Positions 49,934-59,193 of a stretch of 64,000 nt of DNA are shown here, in pieces (within the stretch, counting starts at the first letter, position 1; every line of letters begins with the position of its first letter). A model generated the notes under the pieces. The model did not search any database. It worked only from the letters and a program-made list of their open reading frames with translations, and had not been told where the DNA came from. The stretch comes from Gammaproteobacteria bacterium (lineage in GTDB: Bacteria > Pseudomonadota > Gammaproteobacteria > QZLD01). Location: contig JAWSVB010000001.1 of the NCBI GenBank assembly GCA_033852135.1, forward strand, positions 1,309-65,308. The letters run 5' to 3'. The translations under genes and the position numbers were made by a program.

Positions 49934-51196
49934 ATGACTCCAGAAAAAGCAACTACACAGCTAAAGAAGGCTAGCGATCAATGTGTAAAATGTGGATTAT
50001 GTCTACCGCATTGCCCAACCTATAAGCTTTTTAATATTGAACCGGAATCCCCTCGAGGACGAATATCCCTGATGCAAGGTTACTGCGGTGATATGCTTGA
50101 ATTTAGCGATAAACTAGAAGAGCGCCTTGAACACTGCCTTAGCTGCCGTGCCTGTGAAGCTGCGTGCCCAGCACAAGTTGAATATGGCAAAATGATTGAT
50201 ACTGCAAAATTTTTATTAAACCAAGATAGTAAAACCCCTTTCTTCCAAAGAATTCTTAAACGCGCTAGCACAGGGTTATTAACTGGTCCCAAATACACAC
50301 TGGCACTAACTAGGCAGCTAGTAAACATTTATCAATCAAGTTACCTGCGTAAGCTCACGCAAAAAACCAAAGTCCTTAACCTTTTCAACCTAGACAAAAG
50401 TGAGAAGATACTCCCTGCCTTTCAGCAAAAAACCATAGCTATCCCAGATTCAATAGATGACAGTTTTCCAAAAGTATCTCTATTTAGTGGCTGCATCGCG
50501 GAAATAGTAGACACACCAACACTGCAGGCAACTGTTGATGTCCTATGCGCTTTTGGATTCAATGTCGAAATACCAAAGCAACAAGGGTGTTGTGGAGCTA
50601 TATCATCTCATAACGGGGATATTGATGGAGCAGATAAGTGCAAAAACAAAAACGTTGATGCCTTTGGAGAAACCGATACCCCTATTGTATATGTTGCAAC
50701 TGGGTGTGGAGCTCACCTACAGGAATACCAAGCAGATGAAGACAGTGTAAATTCAACTACCCAATTCACGTCCAGAGTTGAAGAGATATGTTCGTTCTTA
50801 TGCAAATATCAAACACCAGAAAACATTAGAATTAAACCTCTAGCAGAAAAAGTTGCTTTACATATACCGTGTTCACAAAGAAACATTCTTAAAGATCTGG
50901 ATTCTACTAAAGAGATTCTGGCAATGATTCCAGAACTGGAAATTATTGATATTCCCAGCAATGACATATGCTGCGGCGCTGCTGGAACCTATATGCTCAA
51001 CCACCCTGATATTGCATCTGAGCTATTACAGATAAAACTTGATGATATATCCACTATTCAACCAGATATTGTTGCATCATCAAATATTGGCTGCACCCTC
51101 CACATGCAAGCTGGATTAGTTGGTCATGGATCCACAGTTAAAATAAAGCACCCAATAGAGATATTGGCGCAGCAGATTGAATATATAGAAAGTTAG
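49934..51196 (+). CDS. Fe-S oxidoreductase, GlcF-like (2x4Fe-4S + two CCG domains)
   Basis: CVKCGLCLPHCP and CLSCRACEAACP clusters, plus GCCGA and CCGAAG CCG motifs. No glcD/glcE genes are adjacent. Confidence 0.72.
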   Translation: MTPEKATTQLKKASDQCVKCGLCLPHCPTYKLFNIEPESPRGRISLMQGYCGDMLEFSDKLEERLEHCLSCRACEAACPAQVEYGKMIDTAKFLLNQDSKTPFFQRILKRASTGLLTGPKYTLALTRQLVNIYQSSYLRKLTQKTKVLNLFNLDKSEKILPAFQQKTIAIPDSIDDSFPKVSLFSGCIAEIVDTPTLQATVDVLCAFGFNVEIPKQQGCCGAISSHNGDIDGADKCKNKNVDAFGETDTPIVYVATGCGAHLQEYQADEDSVNSTTQFTSRVEEICSFLCKYQTPENIRIKPLAEKVALHIPCSQRNILKDLDSTKEILAMIPELEIIDIPSNDICCGAAGTYMLNHPDIASELLQIKLDDISTIQPDIVASSNIGCTLHMQAGLVGHGSTVKIKHPIEILAQQIEYIES

Positions 51197-51574
51197 ATAT
51201 AAAGAGAAAGTAGAGAAAAGTTACCCAGACTAAACACCCCCGCTAGTCTGGGTTCCAATCAATTGCATATTTTGACGATTGGTCAATATGTTGTGTCAAT
51301 ATGTAGCCATATTTAACAACCAATTCTGAAACTTTGCCATTATGCAGTTTTGAATCAGAATTTCGATGTTGATATTCAAAGGCTATCAATATTAATAAAC
51401 CTTAACAATTAGACTTTAGTCTAATACGCCCTAGCACAAGCAACATAACCAGCAAGCAAGAAAATCTACTTTCAGCTTTTAAATCAAATAGTTAAGCAAA
51501 AGCAAACGGACATTAATTCAAGAGTACAAATCGGCCATATATAAAATTTTGCAGCTACCAACCACAGCAAAGAG

Positions 51575-51913
51575 TTATTCAACCCTTAAGTTCGTCACCC
51601 CAGTATCATGATCAACATTCTTACCCGGGATCTCAGCCGCAACAGTTGTATCTACATTTTCTGTCTTTATCGCATTAGGTATATATTTAGGGTCGGTATA
51701 ATTAACTACACCGGACTCATCCACCCATTTCATTACACTATTTTTTAAATCATTTCCGACATGTTTTACATCTGCACTTATCTGCTCAGGCAATGCTTTG
51801 ATATCATTTTTTAGCCGTTGCAAACCAGAGACAGGTGGAGGGAAATTGACCATTGCAGCCAATACTGAAACTATTGCCGCAAATAGGATAATTAATGACA
51901 GAAGATACTTCAT
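51575..51913 (-). CDS. Small secreted protein with DUF4124-like motif
   Basis: Signal peptide. KWVDESGVVNYTD matches the DUF4124 core (family name from memory). Confidence 0.5.
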   Translation of the reverse strand: MKYLLSLIILFAAIVSVLAAMVNFPPPVSGLQRLKNDIKALPEQISADVKHVGNDLKNSVMKWVDESGVVNYTDPKYIPNAIKTENVDTTVAAEIPGKNVDHDTGVTNLRVE

Positions 51914-51970
51914 AATAACCCTTCAAAAAAGTAATTTAGTAGCTTAACTATAATTAAATTACCCACATAA

Positions 51971-52030
51971 GTCACTTCAACCTTAGCTACTTCAACCCAA
52001 GCCTCTTCAATCCATGCAGCTCAAGCAAAA
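51971..52030. repeat. Four tandem 15-bp units upstream of the DUF4124-like gene
   Basis: Units are gtcacttcaacctta / gctacttcaacccaa / gcctcttcaatccat / gcagctcaagcaaaa. Confidence 0.7.
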
Positions 52031-52114
52031 ATTAATATTGTTGTTATTTTCGCTAACATTTAAAGGCATCTCTATGCTTGGCTTATTATCAGCTAAACCG
52101 GTAGGAAACAGAGA

Positions 52115-52918
52115 TTAGTTAAAGTTCTTTCCGTAGAAAATCTCTAGCATCTCATTCTCAATCTGCTGCCTGATCTCAAGCTGTTTTTCTGGAGTAGCAT
52201 TTTGCATAGACTGATTAAACAGGTAGCTTTCAAGATCTAACTCTTTCAGCATCATCTTGGTATGAAAAACATTTTCTTGATAAACATTAACATCGATCAT
52301 CTGATACTTTTGAATTGTATCCTCACACAAGTAACTTTGAATCGAGGTAATATCATGATCTTTAAAATGCTTTTTCCCATATATATCACGGGTAAATCCG
52401 CGAATTCTATAATCAAGTGTCACAATGTCAGAGTCAAAAGAGTGTATCAGGTAGTTTAATGCTTTAAGGGGGGATATCACTCCACAAGTAGACACATCTA
52501 TGTCCACTCGAAACGTACTTACACCTTTATCAGGGTGGGTTTCAGGATAGGTATGCACTGTTAAGTGGCTTTTATCAAGGTGGGCTAAAACAGTATCTGG
52601 CAGCGGTCCTGGTGCTTCAGAAGAGATCTCCTCTAATGTCCCATCAACAACTTCATTTTCAGCAATCAGAACTGTAACGCTAGCTCCCTGAGGGTCATAA
52701 TCTTGATGAGAAACGCTTAAAATATTTGCTTCAATGATGTTAGCAACTTCAGTTAGAATTTGTTTCAAACGTTCTGCATTATACTCTTCATCAATATATT
52801 CAATATACGCCTGCCTCTGCTCAGCAGTATCTGCATAACATACATCATAAATATTGAAGCTTAGGGTCTTTGTAAGGTTATTAAAACCATGAAGTTTGAT
52901 CTTTTCTTTCAATGCCAT
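52115..52918 (-). CDS. speD: S-adenosylmethionine decarboxylase proenzyme (E. coli type)
   Basis: Near-colinear with E. coli SpeD ([46 protein letters not shown]). Confidence 0.93.
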   Translation of the reverse strand: MALKEKIKLHGFNNLTKTLSFNIYDVCYADTAEQRQAYIEYIDEEYNAERLKQILTEVANIIEANILSVSHQDYDPQGASVTVLIAENEVVDGTLEEISSEAPGPLPDTVLAHLDKSHLTVHTYPETHPDKGVSTFRVDIDVSTCGVISPLKALNYLIHSFDSDIVTLDYRIRGFTRDIYGKKHFKDHDITSIQSYLCEDTIQKYQMIDVNVYQENVFHTKMMLKELDLESYLFNQSMQNATPEKQLEIRQQIENEMLEIFYGKNFN

Positions 52919-52986
52919 AATCCCACAAAAATAGGTCTGTAAAAAATCGAATTTATACCTTTTTTTTCATGCATGTCAATCTAATT

Positions 52987-54987
52987 TTAACCAAGCATTC
53001 CACGCAGATTAGCCAGGTGCGCTTTACCTCTATCACGCGTTTTTTGTGGGTCTTTATCTTCATTATATCCTTCCCACTCCAATTCATCTTGCGGCATTTC
53101 AAGCAAGAACCTGCTAGGCTTCCTCTCCACTATCTCAGATCCAACTCTACGCCGGCGACTAAACGTCATAGTGAGAGTTTTTTGCGCACGAGTTATACCG
53201 ACATAAGCGAGCCTGCGCTCCTCTTCAATACCATCATCATCCATGCTTGATTTATGCGGCAACAGATCTTCTTCCATCCCAACTAGGTACACATGGGGAA
53301 ACTCTAACCCTTTAGATGAGTGCAAAGTTATCAACTGCACACTCTCCGCCTCTTCTTCATCATCATTACGCTCTAGAAGATCCAACAGGCTCAAGCGTGC
53401 TATCTGGTGCTCTAAGGTTTTCTCTCCATTATCCCCTTCAATATTCTGAACCCATTCGATCAGATCGCTAATATTTCCCATCCGTTTTCTGGCGCTAACA
53501 ATATCTTTACAGCTATCTGTTAGGTAACTTTCATAACCTACATCACGGATAATATCTCGCAGTATTTTATCCCCTTTTTCAACTTGAGAACGGGCACTAA
53601 TTTCTTTGAGCCATTGCGCAAACTCTTTAATTCGCAATGCAGACCTGGCTGGTAAAGCTTCACTAACATCATGATCAATAATTGCACCATGCAAACTAGA
53701 CTTACTTTTTTGAGCAAAATCACGCAGTATTCCAACTGTTTTAGCCCCAATCTCACGCCTAGGTGTATTAATTACACGTAGAAATGCAGCATCGTCATCT
53801 GGATTCACCACCAAACGCATATAGCACATCAAATCCTTCACTTCTGCAAGCGAGAAGAAGGAGAAGCTACCGCTGACTTTATAGGGGATACGGTGTCCTC
53901 GCAGAGCCTTTTCAAATGTTCTTACTTGGTGATTACCTCGAAATAAGACTGCGAAGTCATTATAACTAGCCTTCTCAATAAACTTCTTGTGTAGCATCTC
54001 GGTAATAACTTTCTCTGCTTCTTGATTAGGATCATCACAAGCAATCACTTTTAATGGATCACCAAACCCTTTATCACTCCACAACTTCTTCTCAAAAATA
54101 TGTTCGTTATTAGCAATAATGTGATTAGCGACTTTCAGTATTCTTCCTAATGAACGATAATTTTGCTCCAGCTTAACCACTTCAAGAGTTGGATAATCAC
54201 TAACTAATAAGCGTAAATTTTCAGGCTGAGCGCCTCGCCATGCATAGATTGACTGATCATCATCACCAACTACAGTGAACGCATTCCTAACACCAACTAG
54301 CTGTTTAACCAACATGTACTGGCAGGCGTTAGTATCTTGATATTCATCTACCAACAGGTAGCGGGTCTTATTTTGCCAGCGATCGAGCGATTCTTGATTC
54401 TGCCTAAATAGATTTACCGGAACCACTATCAGATCATCAAAATCGACAGCGTTATACACTTTTAGGTAATCATCATATGCTTTGTAGATTCTTGCAGCTT
54501 GAAGCTGCAACTCATTCTCTGCTTTCTCAGCAGCATCTTCATGTGAGATAAGAGCATTTTTCCAAGCTGATATCTGCCAGCGAAACTGATCTGCAAAATC
54601 TGGAGAAACCTTCTCAATACGCAATACCTCTTTCATCAAACTGATACTATCTTCTGAATCATAGATAGTGAAACCGCGCTGATAAGGGAGGTTTTTTAAT
54701 TCTGAATGGATTATTTTTAACCCTAGAGTATGAAAGGTTGAAACACTTAAACCTGACACCTGATCTTCACCCAGCATCTTAGTGATACGCTCACGCATCT
54801 CACGCGCCGCTTTATTGGTAAAAGTTACAGCAAGGATATTGGAAGGCTTATATTCACACTTTTGAATTAGGTAAGCTATCTTCTCAGTAATAACACTGGT
54901 TTTCCCACTTCCAGCACCAGCTAATACCAGCAGAGGGTGGCTAATATTTTTAACTGCCTCAGCCTGTTTTGGATTTAGCTTTCTCAA
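52987..54987 (-). CDS. rep: ATP-dependent DNA helicase Rep
   Basis: Colinear with E. coli Rep (LVLAGAGSGKT, VTFTNKAAREM, LLVDEYQDTN, VGITRAQ); TTG start. Confidence 0.94.
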   Translation of the reverse strand: MRKLNPKQAEAVKNISHPLLVLAGAGSGKTSVITEKIAYLIQKCEYKPSNILAVTFTNKAAREMRERITKMLGEDQVSGLSVSTFHTLGLKIIHSELKNLPYQRGFTIYDSEDSISLMKEVLRIEKVSPDFADQFRWQISAWKNALISHEDAAEKAENELQLQAARIYKAYDDYLKVYNAVDFDDLIVVPVNLFRQNQESLDRWQNKTRYLLVDEYQDTNACQYMLVKQLVGVRNAFTVVGDDDQSIYAWRGAQPENLRLLVSDYPTLEVVKLEQNYRSLGRILKVANHIIANNEHIFEKKLWSDKGFGDPLKVIACDDPNQEAEKVITEMLHKKFIEKASYNDFAVLFRGNHQVRTFEKALRGHRIPYKVSGSFSFFSLAEVKDLMCYMRLVVNPDDDAAFLRVINTPRREIGAKTVGILRDFAQKSKSSLHGAIIDHDVSEALPARSALRIKEFAQWLKEISARSQVEKGDKILRDIIRDVGYESYLTDSCKDIVSARKRMGNISDLIEWVQNIEGDNGEKTLEHQIARLSLLDLLERNDDEEEAESVQLITLHSSKGLEFPHVYLVGMEEDLLPHKSSMDDDGIEEERRLAYVGITRAQKTLTMTFSRRRRVGSEIVERKPSRFLLEMPQDELEWEGYNEDKDPQKTRDRGKAHLANLRGMLG

Positions 54988-55131
54988 GATTTTACCTACA
55001 TCGCATCAATAAGTTGGGTCTAAAGTATATGGAAAATGCTGTTGAGTCTCTATCTTTATATTTTAAATCTTTAATGACTATGCAAACGCAATACCTAATA
55101 CCAGGGTCAATTTTTTTATCCTGAAAGCTAT

Positions 55132-55211
55132 CTGTTAAAAATATGTTAGGCTCACGAATAGTGAGTGACTCATTTAACGGCTTGCAACAAAGAGAAAGCA
55201 AGCGCAACAAC
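55132..55211. repeat. Intergenic repeat element, 5'-truncated copy A
   Basis: About 80 nt and about 92% identical to 55384..55466. Confidence 0.8.
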
Positions 55212-55347
55212 TGGATTCGCAGCCTATTTTTTCAAAGACAAGGCTCTTTTCACATCAAGACATGGAATCCTTGCGAGAATATATATGCAATATGCGCCTA
55301 GCAAGGCTTGGAGCCATACAACAATATTTGTGAAAATATAACCATTT

Positions 55348-55470
55348 TAAAGCGTCACGAGCGATGGTTTATCGAGGCGCAAGCTGTTAAAAATATGTTG
55401 AGCTCACGAATAGTGAGTGACTCATTTTTTAACGGCTTGCAACAAAGAGAAAGCGAGCGCAGTAGCTTTA
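55348..55470. repeat. About 123-nt intergenic repeat element, full copy B
   Basis: It starts TAAAGCGTCACGAGC. It contains the hairpin TGAGCTCAC-gaata-GTGAG(tga)CTCA followed by T6. It ends AAAGCGAGCGCAGTAGCTTTA. Its last 3 nt are the stop codon (complement) of the 55468..57459 gene. Confidence 0.8.
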
Positions 55471-57459
55471 AATACTGCCACTTAGAAGGATTGACTCCGC
55501 CTTTTCCAACTCCTCCGGCGCACCATAAACCACCAAAATATCCCCACCTATTAACTGCACATCACCTGTTGGATCAGGAACACGAATATTCCTACGCCTG
55601 ATACTTGTAATGGTTACACCTACATCCCCAAGCTCTAAATCACCAAGCAGTTTTCCAATCGCATGCGCTGTAGCTCCAAGAGCTATGGTCCGCAGTTGCT
55701 CTCGACTCCTTGCGCTACCCTCAATATTTTGTGAGCGCTGTCCATGGAAAAACCCACGTAACTGACTATAGCCGTTCTTACGAAACTCCCGTGTATGCCG
55801 TAATACTCTAGACATTGGAATTCCCATAAGAGGTAAACTATGTGATGCCAGCATCAAACTGGCTTCAAAAATCTGCGGCACAACATCATTTGCCCCTTCA
55901 CGCCTATATTTATCCATATACGTATCATCATATGCCAATACGCATATTGGAACATCCACTCTATGTTTACGTACATTACGGATCACTTTAATTGTATAGG
56001 TTGGGTTATCGATGGTAATCACCACTAACTTTGCTTTTTCTAACCCTGCGGCTTCTAAAATTTCATCTCTTGTAGCATCACCATAAGTCACCGGGTCGCC
56101 TGCTGAACGCGCATGTTTAATCCTTTCAGGATCAAGATCTAGTGCTAAATACCTAATATTTTCAACATCAAAAAAGCGTGAAACATTCTGTCCATGACGA
56201 CCATAGCCAACAATTATCGCGTGCTCATTCAGGGTTTTTGAAACCGCCTCGATCATATCTACTTCACTTACTGCATCAAGTTTATTTCCTGAAAATGTCA
56301 GCAAGTTAATTATCCATGTTGCTATTTTTCCATTAAAGCGGATTAGAAATGGGGCAAATACCATTGAGAGAAAAACAGCGGCTAATACAATCTGGCTTAC
56401 CTCTTCACTAATTAGATTAGATACCAGAGCAATAGATATTAAAGCAAAACCAAACTCTCCACCTTGGGATAAAACCAGGCCACTACGCAAACAGTTTCTC
56501 TTCTCCCCCCCCATGATGCGCATAATTCCGAAAACCAACAGGGTTTTTACCAGCATAATTGCAATAAATACTGGAATTACAAAATACCAATAATCTTTAA
56601 TTTTTTCGATATCCAATATCATACCGATAGTTATAAAAAACAACCCCAATAGCACATCCCTGAATGGCCTAATATCTGACTCAATCTGATGTCTATATTC
56701 AGTCTCTCCCAACACCATCCCTGCAAGAAATGCTCCCATAGTCAGCGAGAGTTCAGCAAAGTGTGTAGCCCAAGCTGCAACAATAATTACTAGCAATACT
56801 GTAAGGGTAAATAGTTCCGTGGAACGGGCTAAAGCTATCTCATGAAAAAGGGGACGAATCACTAATCTTCCCGCCAACAACATCACCACAAATACCAGAG
56901 CACCTTTTAACAGCGCGGTAACCAAAGGCGCGGCCATTGAACCCTCTGCACCGCTTGCAAATATTGGGATCAGGATTAAGAATGGAACAACCGCCATATC
57001 CTGAAAGATAAGAACCCCAACCGATGTTTTTCCATGATTCTCAACCTGTTCACCTTGTTCATCAAGTTGTTTAACCACCAGAGCTGTAGATGACATTGCA
57101 ACAGCACCGCCTACAATAAATGAGCTTACTGGGTCCAAACCAACAAAGTACCCAACCAGCATTGCAAGCCCGGTTGCGATTAAAACCTGAGCTCCTCCTA
57201 GACCAAAAACTATCCATTTCATCGAGATAATTTGCGGCAATGAAAATTCTAACCCAATGGTAAATAAGAGAAATACCACACCAAATTCAGCTAAGATATG
57301 GACACTTTTATCGTCCTCAACCAACCCTAAACCGTATGGGCCAATCAATAACCCAACATATAGATAAGCAAGAATAGGTGGAAGATTCATGCGTCGAAAC
57401 AAGCCAACGATGACAACAGAGGAAAAAAGCAATATGACTATATCAACAAAACTTCCCAA
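55468..57459 (-). CDS. CPA2-family monovalent cation:proton antiporter with TrkA-N and TrkA-C domains (YbaL/Kef-like)
   Basis: 12-13 TM Na_H_exchanger core, Rossmann GYGRHGQ, and a C-terminal TrkA-C. Confidence 0.85.
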   Translation of the reverse strand: MGSFVDIVILLFSSVVIVGLFRRMNLPPILAYLYVGLLIGPYGLGLVEDDKSVHILAEFGVVFLLFTIGLEFSLPQIISMKWIVFGLGGAQVLIATGLAMLVGYFVGLDPVSSFIVGGAVAMSSTALVVKQLDEQGEQVENHGKTSVGVLIFQDMAVVPFLILIPIFASGAEGSMAAPLVTALLKGALVFVVMLLAGRLVIRPLFHEIALARSTELFTLTVLLVIIVAAWATHFAELSLTMGAFLAGMVLGETEYRHQIESDIRPFRDVLLGLFFITIGMILDIEKIKDYWYFVIPVFIAIMLVKTLLVFGIMRIMGGEKRNCLRSGLVLSQGGEFGFALISIALVSNLISEEVSQIVLAAVFLSMVFAPFLIRFNGKIATWIINLLTFSGNKLDAVSEVDMIEAVSKTLNEHAIIVGYGRHGQNVSRFFDVENIRYLALDLDPERIKHARSAGDPVTYGDATRDEILEAAGLEKAKLVVITIDNPTYTIKVIRNVRKHRVDVPICVLAYDDTYMDKYRREGANDVVPQIFEASLMLASHSLPLMGIPMSRVLRHTREFRKNGYSQLRGFFHGQRSQNIEGSARSREQLRTIALGATAHAIGKLLGDLELGDVGVTITSIRRRNIRVPDPTGDVQLIGGDILVVYGAPEELEKAESILLSGSI

Positions 57460-57628
57460 ACAAGATCTCCAATTTTAATTTACAGCCAAAATAGCTTTTA
57501 TTATTTATGGTATTAGGTACTTCTATTTTAGGGTATAAAACCTAAGTTTTCCTTAGTGGAGAGGGGAATAATTTTAGCTGCTGTAGTTTTTATTATTTAT
57601 TAAATTACCCAATTAGATGGGGTAAGAA

Positions 57629-58381
57629 TTATTTTATATATATCAGGCTAGCAAACCTGCCTGTCTCTCCATCTCTTCGATACGAAAAATAATTTTCAGA
57701 ATCTTCGTAGCAGCATGTACCATCTATAAATATTGATTCGACACCAATCTCTTTTAAGTTAGCGGCAGCCAAACCAACCAAATCAGCTAAAAACTTTCCA
57801 TTATCCGCTTTACAAAAACATGCCCCCACATCAAAACCAGCAGATAGAAACTGATCCCTTACATCACCTCCAACTTCAAAGGATTGACGCCCAATACTTG
57901 GACCGATCCAAACTATTAATTCATTTGGGGCACAACCCATCGTAGTGATGGCATTTTTAATAATACCTGATGCTAAGCCACGCCAACCTGCATGTACGGC
58001 GGCAATTTTTGTTCCAGCAGTATTTGCTATCAAAACAGGGATGCAATCTGCAGTTAAAACACTGCAAACCAAGCCCTTCCCGTCAGTCCAACTTGCATCA
58101 GCTATAGGTGGAGTGTCTTTTTTGCCGTCATTATAGACCACTCGGTCACTATGAATCTGCTCTAACCAAAGAGGCTCAGAGGGAAGCAAAGCGTGTTGCA
58201 TTAAGAGGTTACGATTTTTTGCAACAGCATGCGGATCATCACCAACGTGAGTTGCTAAATTCATTGAAGCAAAAGGGTAACTACTAAACCCGCCATTTCT
58301 ATTAGTAACAATGGCTTCAATATTTGCAGGAAAAACTTGCTCAATTTTCTGAAAAAACTCAGCACTCTGTTTAGACATCAA
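57629..58381 (-). CDS. pgeF: Peptidoglycan editing factor PgeF (YfiH/DUF152 laccase-like)
   Basis: TADCIPVL and VHAGWRG motifs. Confidence 0.88.
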   Translation of the reverse strand: MMSKQSAEFFQKIEQVFPANIEAIVTNRNGGFSSYPFASMNLATHVGDDPHAVAKNRNLLMQHALLPSEPLWLEQIHSDRVVYNDGKKDTPPIADASWTDGKGLVCSVLTADCIPVLIANTAGTKIAAVHAGWRGLASGIIKNAITTMGCAPNELIVWIGPSIGRQSFEVGGDVRDQFLSAGFDVGACFCKADNGKFLADLVGLAAANLKEIGVESIFIDGTCCYEDSENYFSYRRDGETGRFASLIYIK

Positions 58382-59054
58382 TGAAATCCTTTCTTATATC
58401 TTCTCGACTCATCTGCATTCTACCAATTCCTGGGTAGCCAAATTTATCTGCAAATTCAGGTATTCGCTTTTCATCCACCAGTTTAAATCCAAGCTTTTTA
58501 TATGCGTTTGTAGCTGGATGATTGCCAAGCGCATATGATATTTGAAATACTTCACAGCCTGTTGTCTCGTAGCCTATCCTAATTATGCGGTGTAGCAGCA
58601 TCTCCATAACACCCATACGACGAAACTCTTTTTTGGTAGCTACCCACTCAATAACCCATGAATTATCGGTAAAATCTGGGAAGCACTCTAAAAACACAGC
58701 CGTGCGTGAACGTGCTTCCTCCACCTTCTTAAAACTCCAGTGCAGCTTTGATTGAACATCATGCAAAGCAACTGCGAACTGTTGTCGCGTAATTTTTGAC
58801 GAATCATAACCAGCCAAGGCAGCTACTGGTTCACCTTCAACTTCAGCTAAGAGAAAATTTGAGTAGTGACACAGACTCTTACTGCTTGCTTGAGCTAACT
58901 CCTGAATAAACTGCAGCTTTTCTTTTTCATTATCAGGAATCATAACTTCCCAAAGGCCAATTTCATGACCTGAGTGCGCAGCCTCAAGCATTACCCATGC
59001 TATGAAGGGTATATCTGTTTCCTGCGCTCTTCTTATGCGAACTTCTCTATCCAT
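58371..59054 (-). CDS. GNAT-family N-acetyltransferase
   Basis: Acetyl-CoA motif FRRMGVMEMLL. It overlaps pgeF by 11 nt. Confidence 0.75.
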   Translation of the reverse strand: MDREVRIRRAQETDIPFIAWVMLEAAHSGHEIGLWEVMIPDNEKEKLQFIQELAQASSKSLCHYSNFLLAEVEGEPVAALAGYDSSKITRQQFAVALHDVQSKLHWSFKKVEEARSRTAVFLECFPDFTDNSWVIEWVATKKEFRRMGVMEMLLHRIIRIGYETTGCEVFQISYALGNHPATNAYKKLGFKLVDEKRIPEFADKFGYPGIGRMQMSREDIRKDFIDV

Positions 59055-59147
59055 GATTACTAATTCTATTTTTTCCTTAAATCTATCAAACCAAGAAATG
59101 GGTGGTCAATCTAAAAATACTACTATATAAAAATTATACCTGGGCAT

Positions 59148-59175
59148 TAAAAAAGGGGCTTAAAAGCCCCTCTTT
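59148..59175 (-). terminator. Rho-independent terminator after ppiD
   Basis: AGGGGCUUUUAAGCCCCU followed by U6 on the minus strand. Confidence 0.8.
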
Positions 59176-59193
59176 TAACAAACTCAATATTAT

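Noticed and set aside
54992-55601. ORFs 54992..55210 (minus, 72 aa) and 55308..55601 (plus, 97 aa) in the rep/Kef-like spacer.
   Set aside because: Both are built largely from the intergenic repeat copies, and the second runs into the antisense of the Kef-like gene. The repeat structure explains the sequence better than coding does.
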